From a virus (lineage: Duplodnaviria > Caudoviricetes): a stretch of DNA of 63,157 nt. The position numbers and the translations under genes are program-made. The notes below the pieces were generated by a model. The model ran no database searches and was not told where the DNA came from. It saw nothing but the letters and a program-made list of their open reading frames with translations. Numbering within the stretch: position 1 is the stretch's first letter; each line of letters begins with the position of its first letter. This document shows positions 33,722 through 42,264 of the stretch, piece by piece. Location: the IMG/VR virus record IMGVR_UViG_3300027804_000072, positions 1 through 63,157 of that record; one strand, 5' to 3'.

Positions 33722-34104
33722 TGCTGTTCGGGGCAGAAGTTGATGACTGCCGATGCAACGATAGCTGTCGCAAAGGTCGGATCATCCAACGTCAGCAGAG
33801 CTGCGAACACGTCACGAGAGGTTGCGCCACCTTGAAGAGTCTGGCACACGAGGTACCCGGCGTCGATCACGTCGGAGTCCGGAATGAGAATCGGACCGTA
33901 CGAGTACTCGATGTCAGCGATGAACTCATCTTCGTCAGACCAATAGTCCGTCGGCGACGTGGCGATGGGAGCGTCTGTCGTCTTGACCACGTTTGTGGTC
34001 GTGTCAGGGGCATCGGTGCTTACGACATAGACCGTCTTGGTCCCACCGCAAGCAGCAAGAGAAACGGTTGCTGTAGCAGCAATAGCAATTTTTCTAAACA
34101 TCAT
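33706..34104 (-). CDS. DUF732-like lipoprotein
   Basis: Lipobox LAAC; GYLVCQTLQGG...AVINFCP. Confidence 0.7.
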   Translation of the reverse strand: MMFRKIAIAATATVSLAACGGTKTVYVVSTDAPDTTTNVVKTTDAPIATSPTDYWSDEDEFIADIEYSYGPILIPDSDVIDAGYLVCQTLQGGATSRDVFAALLTLDDPTFATAIVASAVINFCPEQQWKFA

Positions 34105-34158
34105 CTTGTACTTCTTTCTGTGTTTGGTTCTAGCAATATAACAACTCTAGAACTTGAG

Positions 34159-34230
34159 AGCCGGATGTCAGGATTGAACTGACGACCTACCGCTTACAAG
34201 GCGGTTGCTCTACCGCTGAGCTAATCCGGC
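34159..34230 (-). tRNA. tRNA-Thr(UGU)
   Basis: GCCGGAT acceptor; ACCGC-CTTGTAA-GCGGT; GTTCAAT T-loop. Confidence 0.93.
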
Positions 34231-34322
34231 TAGCGACGACGATGTGGTGCGGATACTTGATTGTGTTCCCGTAGTAGATGCTCAACAAGCGTCCTAGTTT
34301 TTTGGTTCCACATCGTCGCCAG

Positions 34323-34395
34323 CGCCGAGAGCAGGAATCGAACCTGCGACCAAGAGATTAGAAGGCTCTTGCTCTATCCACTGAGCTACCTCGGC
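34323..34395 (-). tRNA. tRNA-Arg(UCU)
   Basis: GCCGAGG acceptor; anticodon loop CTTCTAA; GTTCGAT T-loop. Confidence 0.92.
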
Positions 34396-34402
34396 AATGG
34401 CT

Positions 34403-34606
34403 TTAGTCTTTTTGTATTAGTTCCCGCGCCTCCTGTAGAAACTTCCCATAGAGAAATCTGTTGTCCAGAAGATAACATGAGATGAAACTTTCGCCGGCGG
34501 TCTTCATCTGTTTTCTGATCTCACGGAAGTTCATGAGGTCTGTTGGGTGAGCCTTGATGTACTCGGCTAGCCAGGTCACAGCGCGTTCGTGTGTTGTCTC
34601 CGTCAT
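34403..34606 (-). CDS. hypothetical protein between tRNAs
   Basis: ORF with AAAGGT SD. Confidence 0.55.
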   Translation of the reverse strand: MTETTHERAVTWLAEYIKAHPTDLMNFREIRKQMKTAGESFISCYLLDNRFLYGKFLQEARELIQKD

Positions 34607-34624
34607 TTCTTACCTTTGTCTTGT

Positions 34625-34701
34625 TGGTACCGGGTGCAGGAATTGAACCTGCTCAAGGACTTTATAAGAGTCCCTCCGTCAAACCGTCCGGACCACCCGG
34701 C
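34625..34701 (-). tRNA. tRNA-Ile(UAU)
   Basis: GGACT-CTTATAA-AGTCC; GTTCAAT; encoded ACCA end. Confidence 0.85.
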
Positions 34702-34723
34702 ATTATTTATATCATCTTTAGAA

Positions 34724-35389
34724 TCAAACTTCGTAGACGGTCTCTTTATGATGCCGAACTTTTACGTTTGGATCTACCATGATCTTGTGTCCGGCACGTT
34801 GGGCACGTCCACACCAGGAATAGTCCTCCCCGACGTTGACCCGCATCTCGCTTTCTGGAGTCCATTGAACTTTCCCAATGAGAAACCAGGGGCGTTCGAT
34901 GCTCTCGAAAACACCTCTCTTCACACATAGAAAACCAAACCCAACTCCTCCAACCTCTACAGGATCTTCGTGAAGTAGAAACTCTACCTTGTTGACCCTC
35001 GTCGGAACTCCTCGCTCGTTCGGGTAGTTCACAGCGACGGTCCCTGCTGGGTCTAGAGCGTAGAGACCAGAGATGACGCAGTGATCAGAGAGGTAGAGTC
35101 TCATGAAGTCTTCGGGAGTCCACTCGATGTCAGAGTCGATCCAGAACAACTTATTATAAAGGTACTTACCTTCAGCGATCTCGTTACTCTCGTAGTTGTG
35201 GTCCCAACGGTCGATCGCGGTAAGCTCTCTGGCCGTAGGGACGAACGACGAGTACTTATTCAGAAAGCCGACGCGCATTCCGTGATTGCAGCAGTAGTTC
35301 ACGGTCTTCATGAGACTCGAGACATACTCGGCATGGAACATGCGTCCAGGGGTAGCGATCAGTACATCGTAGAACTCAGTCATTGTCAT
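34724..35389 (-). CDS. GT-A fold glycosyltransferase-like protein
   Basis: FWIDSDI (DxD), GFGF, GEDYSWC, H. Confidence 0.75.
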   Translation of the reverse strand: MTMTEFYDVLIATPGRMFHAEYVSSLMKTVNYCCNHGMRVGFLNKYSSFVPTARELTAIDRWDHNYESNEIAEGKYLYNKLFWIDSDIEWTPEDFMRLYLSDHCVISGLYALDPAGTVAVNYPNERGVPTRVNKVEFLLHEDPVEVGGVGFGFLCVKRGVFESIERPWFLIGKVQWTPESEMRVNVGEDYSWCGRAQRAGHKIMVDPNVKVRHHKETVYEV

Positions 35390-35449
35390 ACTTCGAGACT
35401 ATGAACAGTATCGCGAGCATCGCGAGTAAGAGCAAGAAGTGATCCATCA

Positions 35450-35950
35450 TTATACCTCCACACGACACTTAGGGCAAAGTAGAGCATCGAACCCGGTAGC
35501 GTAAGCAACAGACGTCCCTTGCTGAGTTACAGGGACCGGGACTACGTCCTTCGTCTCTGCTCCACAGCGATCACACTTTGGAGGATCGATCCACTTCACC
35601 CACAAACCTTCCTTGACGTGCGACAGCATACCAAGAGCTAGAGCGTGAAACGGTCCAGCGCCCGAGGTCTTTCTCAGAAACTTTCTTGTGTCCTGCGCCG
35701 TGATCACCGGTCTACACTTCTTGCACGGGCATTCCATTCTCGATGGCTTACAGTACACGATACCGTTCGTTACCGTATGCCGCGTTACGGCGTGACCACA
35801 TACGCAGATCCGACCGTCTGACTCCTTGTATCTCCGAGATCCCAGAGACTCAAGACGCTCCTCGGCAGCGATCACGTCATCTACAGAAAGACCCATCGCG
35901 GCAAGCGCGTCCTCTGCGCTTCCGACACTCTCTTCTTCGTCTTTCTTCAT
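35450..35950 (-). CDS. Cys-rich zinc-binding protein
   Basis: CVCGH..H..C..CPC..C; CDRC..CPKC; start MKKDEE after AGGAG. Confidence 0.6.
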   Translation of the reverse strand: MKKDEEESVGSAEDALAAMGLSVDDVIAAEERLESLGSRRYKESDGRICVCGHAVTRHTVTNGIVYCKPSRMECPCKKCRPVITAQDTRKFLRKTSGAGPFHALALGMLSHVKEGLWVKWIDPPKCDRCGAETKDVVPVPVTQQGTSVAYATGFDALLCPKCRVEV

Positions 35951-36019
35951 TTTGTCTCCTTGTACAGATCGTTGTGTACAACCGCGTTGTGTACAACTTT
36001 CAGATTGATTATACAGCAT

Positions 36020-36460
36020 TCTCTCTTTGATTGACTACCAATACATAAAAAGTTGCCTAATTTTCTTTGTAGCCGATTTTCCGACCTTTCTTTTATAAGG
36101 TGCATGCGTACACGTATACGCGTATTAGAAGAAGGATCGTTAATTCAGTTTTATGTATTTATATTCTCCTCTTACTAAGCACTTTTTTCTCTCTGCTCTT
36201 TCATTCTGTCTTAGTATCTTCTCGAAGGCTCTAACCCTCTCTTTTTTCTGCGCGCTACTTTTTTGACTTAGTATCTTTTCGTAGCCTCTCTCTGTCTCTC
36301 TCCCGAGCGTCTTTACTTTGTACATTAACTTCCCTCTTTTCCTCTTTTTCTCCCTCTCTTTCTTCCTCTTTTTCCTTGCTTTGTACAATAGGGACGGGCT
36401 GAAAAACTCACTCTTTCTCCTACTCTCTATAGTCACCTCCTCACCTCTATGTGTAGAATG
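36020..36460. other. AT-rich, pyrimidine-skewed non-coding region at the strand switch (candidate origin/control region)
   Basis: C/T tracts; imperfect direct repeat CTTAGTATCTT at 36210 and 36267. Confidence 0.45.
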
Positions 36461-36465
36461 ATCGC

Positions 36466-36702
36466 ATGTCGGTCTTCGATGCTTCACTGTACGAGCACAC
36501 GATGCGCAAGCTCAACTCGTGCGTTCACACGCTCTACAGAATCGCCGACACGTTACCAGACATCGACGAGATCTCCGACCCGGACGAGAGAGCCGATCTC
36601 TTGATCCTCGCCGAGAACCTCATTGACGTCGCCTCGTTTGTCACCGACACCGCCAGGGACATCGCCTGGCTTCACACTCCGGTTCCTGAACCAGAAGAAT
36701 AA
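36466..36702 (+). CDS. hypothetical protein (leaderless)
   Basis: TAGAAT 6 nt before ATG. Confidence 0.65.
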   Translation: MSVFDASLYEHTMRKLNSCVHTLYRIADTLPDIDEISDPDERADLLILAENLIDVASFVTDTARDIAWLHTPVPEPEE

Positions 36703-36708
36703 GGTAAA

Positions 36709-38988
36709 ATGCAAAACCACGGACACCGCACGGGAGAGCGGTTTCGGGGCAAAAGAATCGGATACCGAAGAGGATCCTGGATCATTCTCCCGCTAGCGGT
36801 TGTAGCCTGGGTTCTACCTACGGCTCCCGCTCAGGCGAATAGCAATCTACTGACCAACGGCGGCTTTGACGGTTCGACCGGGTGGACGGTACTACAGAAC
36901 GGCGGCTCTGGAGTGCTGTTCAACGGAGCTCTCCGCTTCTCCTACGACACCGGTCTTGTCTCGCAGACCGTGAGTGTTTCCCCTGGAAGAACCCTAAATG
37001 TATCATTTACGGTTGACAACAGCCAGTCTAACCGTATTGGTCCCGGAGATCCGATCTCAGATACCTGGACGGCAACCCTCTCATCAGGGGAAACGGCTTC
37101 ATCCGTCACTAGATCCGTCGCTCACGGCCTCGAGACCTTTAGCCTTTCCATCACCACCCCGGCAGGCTCATCGGACGCCACGTTGACATTTAGCGGCATC
37201 GACAACGGCTACTGGGCGGGTCACTACGGCCCGGTTGTTGACAGTGTAACACTTATTTCTACCCTACCCTCAACTCCCGCCAATAACGGTTGTGGCCCGT
37301 ATCCAGCCATTTCGGTGACCGGGAACACGGGAGGGCCGGTCTGGGGATCTAATCCGTATACCGACGACTCAAACTTTGGAACCGCCGCCGTTCACGCTGG
37401 TCTCATCGCGGTTGGTGAAACGGCGATCATCGAGCCCTACGCCGTCGACAACTACCCAAGCTACTCCGGAAGCGCGGCGAACGGAGTCACGACATACGAC
37501 TGGGGCGGCGCGTGGTGCGGATACTACATCAAGATTCTAGGTGAACCTCTTCCCGGAACTACCACAACGACTACGACAACTCTGCCAAAGGTTCTTGGTG
37601 CTCCAACAAATCTTAGCGTTGAGAACACAGAGAGTGGAGTGCTTATCGACTGGGAAGCGTCACAGAGTGATTCTGGAGTTTCTCCCGAGCGATACGCAGT
37701 TTCATGGAGCACTGGATCAGCGGGTTGGGGAGTCGCAACAGGCAACGTTGGAGACGCAAACGCGCTAAACACACAGATACTTCTTGGCTATCAACTATTC
37801 GAGTCAACGGGAGGTTTGAACACTGAATACACGTTCACCGTTCGTGCCGACAACGACACGCACGGAGTCTACTCACAAGTTTCTCAGAGCGTTACGTTAA
37901 CTATAGACACACCGGAGGTTCCAACAACATGGCCAGAATCGACCAGCACGACCACCTCATCGACAGATGCCCCGACCCCTTCTGTGGATGTTCCTACGAC
38001 AACTGCACCTGTCACTTCGACGGATCCTACACCGACAACGATCTCTGCACCTGCGCCTGTCACGACGACGAGTTCGACATCGACAACGACTGATGCGCCC
38101 GCCGAGGAAACTACACCGCCGGAAACAACCGTGGCTGAGCCCGAGACAACTGACCCGGCACCAGAAACAACAGACCCAGAACCAGATCCAGGACCAGGAG
38201 ACGATGTAACCGAGCTCTCTCCTGAAGAGCTTAGTGACATTGAAGAACCAGAGCAACTCGAGGCTCTCATCGACTCAGGCAACATCGACGCGCTCGACTC
38301 TGAGCAGTTGTTGTCGATCGTTGAAAACGATGCGTTCACCGAGCTTTCAGCAGAGGCGTTTGGTGAAGTTCTCGATGCAGTGTTCGACGAATCTCTTTCC
38401 GATGAAGAGTTTCAAGATGTTTTAGACTCTGTTCTCAGTGCGCCTATCTCAGACGAACAGTTTGATGAACTTGTTGACGCGCTAGGCAGTGACTCCGTCA
38501 CAGATGAGCAGGTACAGGAAGCCGTTGATCAGATCATTGAAAACGGTATCACCGAGGAATTTGCTACGTCCCTCGCGTCAAGTGCCGACATTCTTACCTC
38601 GATCGACGGCGACGCAGCGTCTGAGATCTTTGCCGAGGTTCCGGTGTCTGACCTAACTGACGAAGAAGCAGAGCAGATTGTCGCCGCCGTCCAGGACGCA
38701 AGCGAAGAAGTTCGTGAGTCATTCGAGACCGAGATCAACATCTTTGGCGCCGGAAGCCTTGACACGTATGTTCCGATCGGCTCGGCTGTTGACGTCGGAA
38801 CCCGCCGAGTCGTCATCGCCGCAACGACGGTAGTATCTGTATTGACGGTTGCTTCTCCCCCCTCTTCTCCCGCCCCCTCCTCACCAGGAGGTAGCGGTTC
38901 AGGAAGCGGTGGCCCGTCAGGAAGTGGTGGCGGTACTAGTGCTGAGCCCAGTTCCGAGAGGCGAAGAAGACTTCCCGGAGGCCGCTAA
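36709..38988 (+). CDS. large exported/surface protein: beta-sandwich, LCCL-like, FN3-like, Thr-rich linker, acidic helical region
   Basis: Signal peptide; NLLTNGGF; VWGSNPYTDDSNFGTAAVHAGLI (LCCL); APTNL..W..Y..L..YTFTVRA (FN3). Confidence 0.75.
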   Translation: MQNHGHRTGERFRGKRIGYRRGSWIILPLAVVAWVLPTAPAQANSNLLTNGGFDGSTGWTVLQNGGSGVLFNGALRFSYDTGLVSQTVSVSPGRTLNVSFTVDNSQSNRIGPGDPISDTWTATLSSGETASSVTRSVAHGLETFSLSITTPAGSSDATLTFSGIDNGYWAGHYGPVVDSVTLISTLPSTPANNGCGPYPAISVTGNTGGPVWGSNPYTDDSNFGTAAVHAGLIAVGETAIIEPYAVDNYPSYSGSAANGVTTYDWGGAWCGYYIKILGEPLPGTTTTTTTTLPKVLGAPTNLSVENTESGVLIDWEASQSDSGVSPERYAVSWSTGSAGWGVATGNVGDANALNTQILLGYQLFESTGGLNTEYTFTVRADNDTHGVYSQVSQSVTLTIDTPEVPTTWPESTSTTTSSTDAPTPSVDVPTTTAPVTSTDPTPTTISAPAPVTTTSSTSTTTDAPAEETTPPETTVAEPETTDPAPETTDPEPDPGPGDDVTELSPEELSDIEEPEQLEALIDSGNIDALDSEQLLSIVENDAFTELSAEAFGEVLDAVFDESLSDEEFQDVLDSVLSAPISDEQFDELVDALGSDSVTDEQVQEAVDQIIENGITEEFATSLASSADILTSIDGDAASEIFAEVPVSDLTDEEAEQIVAAVQDASEEVRESFETEINIFGAGSLDTYVPIGSAVDVGTRRVVIAATTVVSVLTVASPPSSPAPSSPGGSGSGSGGPSGSGGGTSAEPSSERRRRLPGGR

Positions 38989-39158
38989 TGTTTAAGAAAC
39001 TCATCAACGAGATTCACGCTCTTGCCTGGACCCTCGCCGGTGCTGGCACTGTTCTTATCACTCTCTCCGGCGACACGCGTACCCAAGGCATCTGGATCAC
39101 CGTCGCCGCTCTCATTGTTCACCTAATCGGAACGCTCATCAAAAAGGATTCGGAATAA
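38988..39158 (+). CDS. small two-TM protein
   Basis: MFKKLINEIHALAWTLAG..., 56 aa; TAATG coupling. Confidence 0.65.
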   Translation: MFKKLINEIHALAWTLAGAGTVLITLSGDTRTQGIWITVAALIVHLIGTLIKKDSE

Positions 39159-39160
39159 AA

Positions 39161-40444
39161 ATGAAAAAGCTATTGCTCGCGTTGTTGTTCACTCCGCTTA
39201 TTGCGGTGTTCGCTTCAGGCTCTCCTGTCGCTCCCGTTAGCGCAAGCGGAGGCGGACCGATCGTTCTTGACGGTATGGACCCTGTTTGCCACTCGGGATG
39301 GGAAGGAACCGGTGCATACATCGGCAACGTGCTCAAGAAAGTGCACGACGGCTCGAGTATTCCGAGCAACGGTCACATCGCGATCATCGGTTCAAACGCT
39401 ACAACGACCTCGTGCGGCGCGAACTGGGCGACACAGTTGAGCACACAGTTCCTCGCCGGTTTCACGACGGCTCCTGTTGTAGATTTCTACACCACCGACG
39501 CTCAGATCAACACGTTTTTCTCGACGACCATCGTGTCTAATCCTCCCGCGGTGATCTGGATTCCCGACAACTGGAACCGTTCATCAGCAACAGAAGCGAT
39601 CTTTACTGCAAACGCCGAGAAGATTGCTGACTTCGTCAATAGCGGCGGCGGTCTCTTTGCGAACATGGGATCGTACGGTTGGCTGACTGCGCTACTTCCG
39701 AACGCTGTCTATAACGACGGTGGTTGCAACGGCGGACCCGAGGCGACAACAGACGGAGCAGCAGATTTCAACCTGACAAACGCTCTCGTTGCAGCGTGCT
39801 GGCACGGTTACTTCACCGGAAACGTTGGCACGCTGAAGACGCTCGTTGACTATCCGTACCCTACAGCGTCTGACACTCGCAAGGCAGTATCTATCGGCGG
39901 CGGTTCCGTTGCTCTTCCGAGCTCGTTCACTCTGGCTGTTAGCCCCGAGAACCCTCGAGCAGGCGAACCGTTGACCATCACTGCAACCGCTCAGACGCTG
40001 GCTGGAGTGCCGCAGGCTGGCGTCACGGTGACAATTACGGTTTCCGCCGGTCCCGACGCTGGACAGGTTCTCACGGCCACTACAGACGCTAGTGGTGTAG
40101 CAACGATCACTGTTAACACAGCCTCACAAGGCACCGCTGTCTACACCGCGACAGCTACGGTGAACGGCGTATCGAAGACAGTGTCAAAGACAGTGACGTG
40201 GGATCCGCCGGCTCCAACTACAACAACCACACCGGCCCCTACAACTACGACTGAGCCGACAACAACTACTACTGAACCTGTGCCCACCACGGCGGCTCCT
40301 ACAGTGACTGAGCCACCAACCACGGTCACTCCTTCGCCTGAACCAGAGCAACTTCCAGTTACCGGGTCTGATTACTCTGGGCTTATCGCGTTCGGTCTGC
40401 TTCTTGTTGTTCTTGGCGTATACTCGGTGAGAAAAGGCAAGTAA
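39161..40444 (+). CDS. LPXTG-anchored surface protein with bacterial Ig-like (Big_1) domain
   Basis: Signal peptide; TTDASGVAT; PT-rich linker; LPVTG + TM + RKGK. Confidence 0.85.
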   Translation: MKKLLLALLFTPLIAVFASGSPVAPVSASGGGPIVLDGMDPVCHSGWEGTGAYIGNVLKKVHDGSSIPSNGHIAIIGSNATTTSCGANWATQLSTQFLAGFTTAPVVDFYTTDAQINTFFSTTIVSNPPAVIWIPDNWNRSSATEAIFTANAEKIADFVNSGGGLFANMGSYGWLTALLPNAVYNDGGCNGGPEATTDGAADFNLTNALVAACWHGYFTGNVGTLKTLVDYPYPTASDTRKAVSIGGGSVALPSSFTLAVSPENPRAGEPLTITATAQTLAGVPQAGVTVTITVSAGPDAGQVLTATTDASGVATITVNTASQGTAVYTATATVNGVSKTVSKTVTWDPPAPTTTTTPAPTTTTEPTTTTTEPVPTTAAPTVTEPPTTVTPSPEPEQLPVTGSDYSGLIAFGLLLVVLGVYSVRKGK

Positions 40445-40536
40445 TTTTCTCTCTGCCGCACATTATTTTGCCTTCACATGTATAATCACTGAAGCGGCTC
40501 AACGCCGTGCAGTAGACTACACATGGAGAAAGCAAA

Positions 40537-41022
40537 ATGACAGAGATCACCTCTGAAGATCTTATTGAAACGTACGCAAGTTTGATCGAGCCTCACCTTG
40601 AGCTCGCGAAGCGCGCGTACGGAGCAAAGACCCAGAACACGCCGGCCCACCATGCCAGTCGTGAGTACACCCGTCTTCTTGTTGAGTTTCACGAGAACGG
40701 CGGAAGTTTGATTAAGCTCGCGAAGAGGATCGGTGTTTCGTACTCTGGAGTGCGCCGCCGTGTCTTTACATCAAACGTTCCGTCCGTGAAGACAACAAGA
40801 AAGCAGCGGTCACTGATCGACCAAAAGATGATCGATGACGCGGCGGCTCGAGTGACAAACGCTAAGATCGTCAGCATCGAGAAGTATCACGAGCAGCTTC
40901 ACAACGAGTACTACAGCGGTATCCCGATGAACGTTCTTGCCAAGGCTCTTGGTATCTCGAATGCTGCGCCGTTGTATTACGGAATTCAGCGTCACTACAA
41001 GCGCGTGCACGAGACTGCCTGA
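40537..41022 (+). CDS. double HTH DNA-binding protein
   Basis: SLIKLAKRIGVSYSGVRRR; PMNVLAKALGIS. Confidence 0.65.
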   Translation: MTEITSEDLIETYASLIEPHLELAKRAYGAKTQNTPAHHASREYTRLLVEFHENGGSLIKLAKRIGVSYSGVRRRVFTSNVPSVKTTRKQRSLIDQKMIDDAAARVTNAKIVSIEKYHEQLHNEYYSGIPMNVLAKALGISNAAPLYYGIQRHYKRVHETA

Positions 41023-41033
41023 GTCTACCGGCC

Positions 41034-41234
41034 TTGGACTTTCAACAGGAATACGACGCGTCGTACGAAGAAACGTTACGGGTCATCGCGGACGTTCTTG
41101 ATTCAGGAGTCGCAAGCGTAACTTTTAGTCCCGACTTTCTAAGAGACCTTGCTGACGAGTTGTCACGTCTTCGGACGGTCAACGAGGAGTCCAGTTCGAC
41201 AATCGCGACTCTTCAGCAATACACTAAATACTAG
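41034..41234 (+). CDS. hypothetical protein
   Basis: ORF with TTG start. Confidence 0.45.
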   Translation: MDFQQEYDASYEETLRVIADVLDSGVASVTFSPDFLRDLADELSRLRTVNEESSSTIATLQQYTKY

Positions 41235-41347
41235 ATACAGCATTGAACGGAAAGACGAGATGATTAGAACTATCATTGTCACTACTATTCAAACCGTTGT
41301 TGGCTTTTCAACAGGGTTGATGCTAGCAAGATACCAGTCAAGAAGGT

Positions 41348-41557
41348 TTGGCAATGACCGATGACATCGTGATCCGACTACGCGATATTGCCCAGTTGCG
41401 TGGCGACATAAGTGGTCGTATTATCCCCATCGCGTGCACGGAAGCCGCCGACGAGATTGAACGACTACGACAAGTAGGCGATGCCCTTGCTAAAGGTGTC
41501 CGTACTGGCAGGTGGGACGATGCGCTAGACGCATGGGCTGAGGCACGCGGTACGTGA
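41348..41557 (+). CDS. hypothetical phage protein
   Basis: DDIVIRLR...EAADEIERLR. Confidence 0.65.
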   Translation: MAMTDDIVIRLRDIAQLRGDISGRIIPIACTEAADEIERLRQVGDALAKGVRTGRWDDALDAWAEARGT

Positions 41558-41598
41558 CGCCATCGTGTTGCTACAATGATGAATGAAGTCAAACTCTA

Positions 41599-41928
41599 TT
41601 AAGAGTTCGTCTTCTGTCGCTCGTCGAATTGATCTAGGATTTCCTGCGAGTACTCTGTACCTTTGTACTTACGGCGTCGCAGGAACTTATCGTTGCGCAG
41701 ATACCCGGCAAGATATCTAGACTCTTCGTTTTCTCCACCCCAGAAACCAAGTTCGTTGTTTTCACGAGCGTGCTGTCTGCACTGCATCTTGACCGGGCAC
41801 TGGTTACATACGACCGCCGCTAGTCTTTCTCGCTTGAGCTTAGTAGCTCTCTTTTCAACCTGCGCCGGAAAGAATAACTCCGTCTTACCAGCGCAGATAG
41901 CCTGGCTAAACCAAGTGATGTCTTTCAA
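41599..41928 (-). CDS. whiB: WhiB-family transcription factor
   Basis: W...AIC..LFFP..CNQCPV..C..GFWGG. Confidence 0.88.
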   Translation of the reverse strand: MKDITWFSQAICAGKTELFFPAQVEKRATKLKRERLAAVVCNQCPVKMQCRQHARENNELGFWGGENEESRYLAGYLRNDKFLRRRKYKGTEYSQEILDQFDERQKTNS

Positions 41929-41949
41929 TGTCCCTCTCCTGTTATGTGT

Positions 41950-42213
41950 TCAGCTCTTAGGCTGTGGTTTTGGTCTTGGTGTCGGTTTCTTTTTTCCGTT
42001 GAATACTTCGTTGATCTCGGCTGTTGTTAGCTTGCCGTCATCCATGTAGGCGTTTGCTAGTCCCTCGACCACGAACGCTACACCACCGATTCCGGCCATC
42101 AGCACTGCCTTCCACAAAGGAATTCCAGCAACTGCTCCGGCGCCGATTACTCCAAGACCGCTGGCAGCGAACTTGGCGACTATTCTTGTAACGATATGCG
42201 TGAACTGTTCCAT
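41950..42213 (-). CDS. membrane protein (holin-like)
   Basis: Two TM segments; DDGKLT..EI; basic tail. Confidence 0.55.
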   Translation of the reverse strand: MEQFTHIVTRIVAKFAASGLGVIGAGAVAGIPLWKAVLMAGIGGVAFVVEGLANAYMDDGKLTTAEINEVFNGKKKPTPRPKPQPKS

Positions 42214-42264
42214 GAGAGGGCTCTCCTAAGTTGTGTGCCCTCCCCAGGACAGTTACATCATATC

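Noticed and set aside
36140-36487. Lys/Arg/Glu-rich ORF on the minus strand
   Set aside because: More simply explained by the purine/pyrimidine skew; no convincing RBS, and it overlaps the start of 36466
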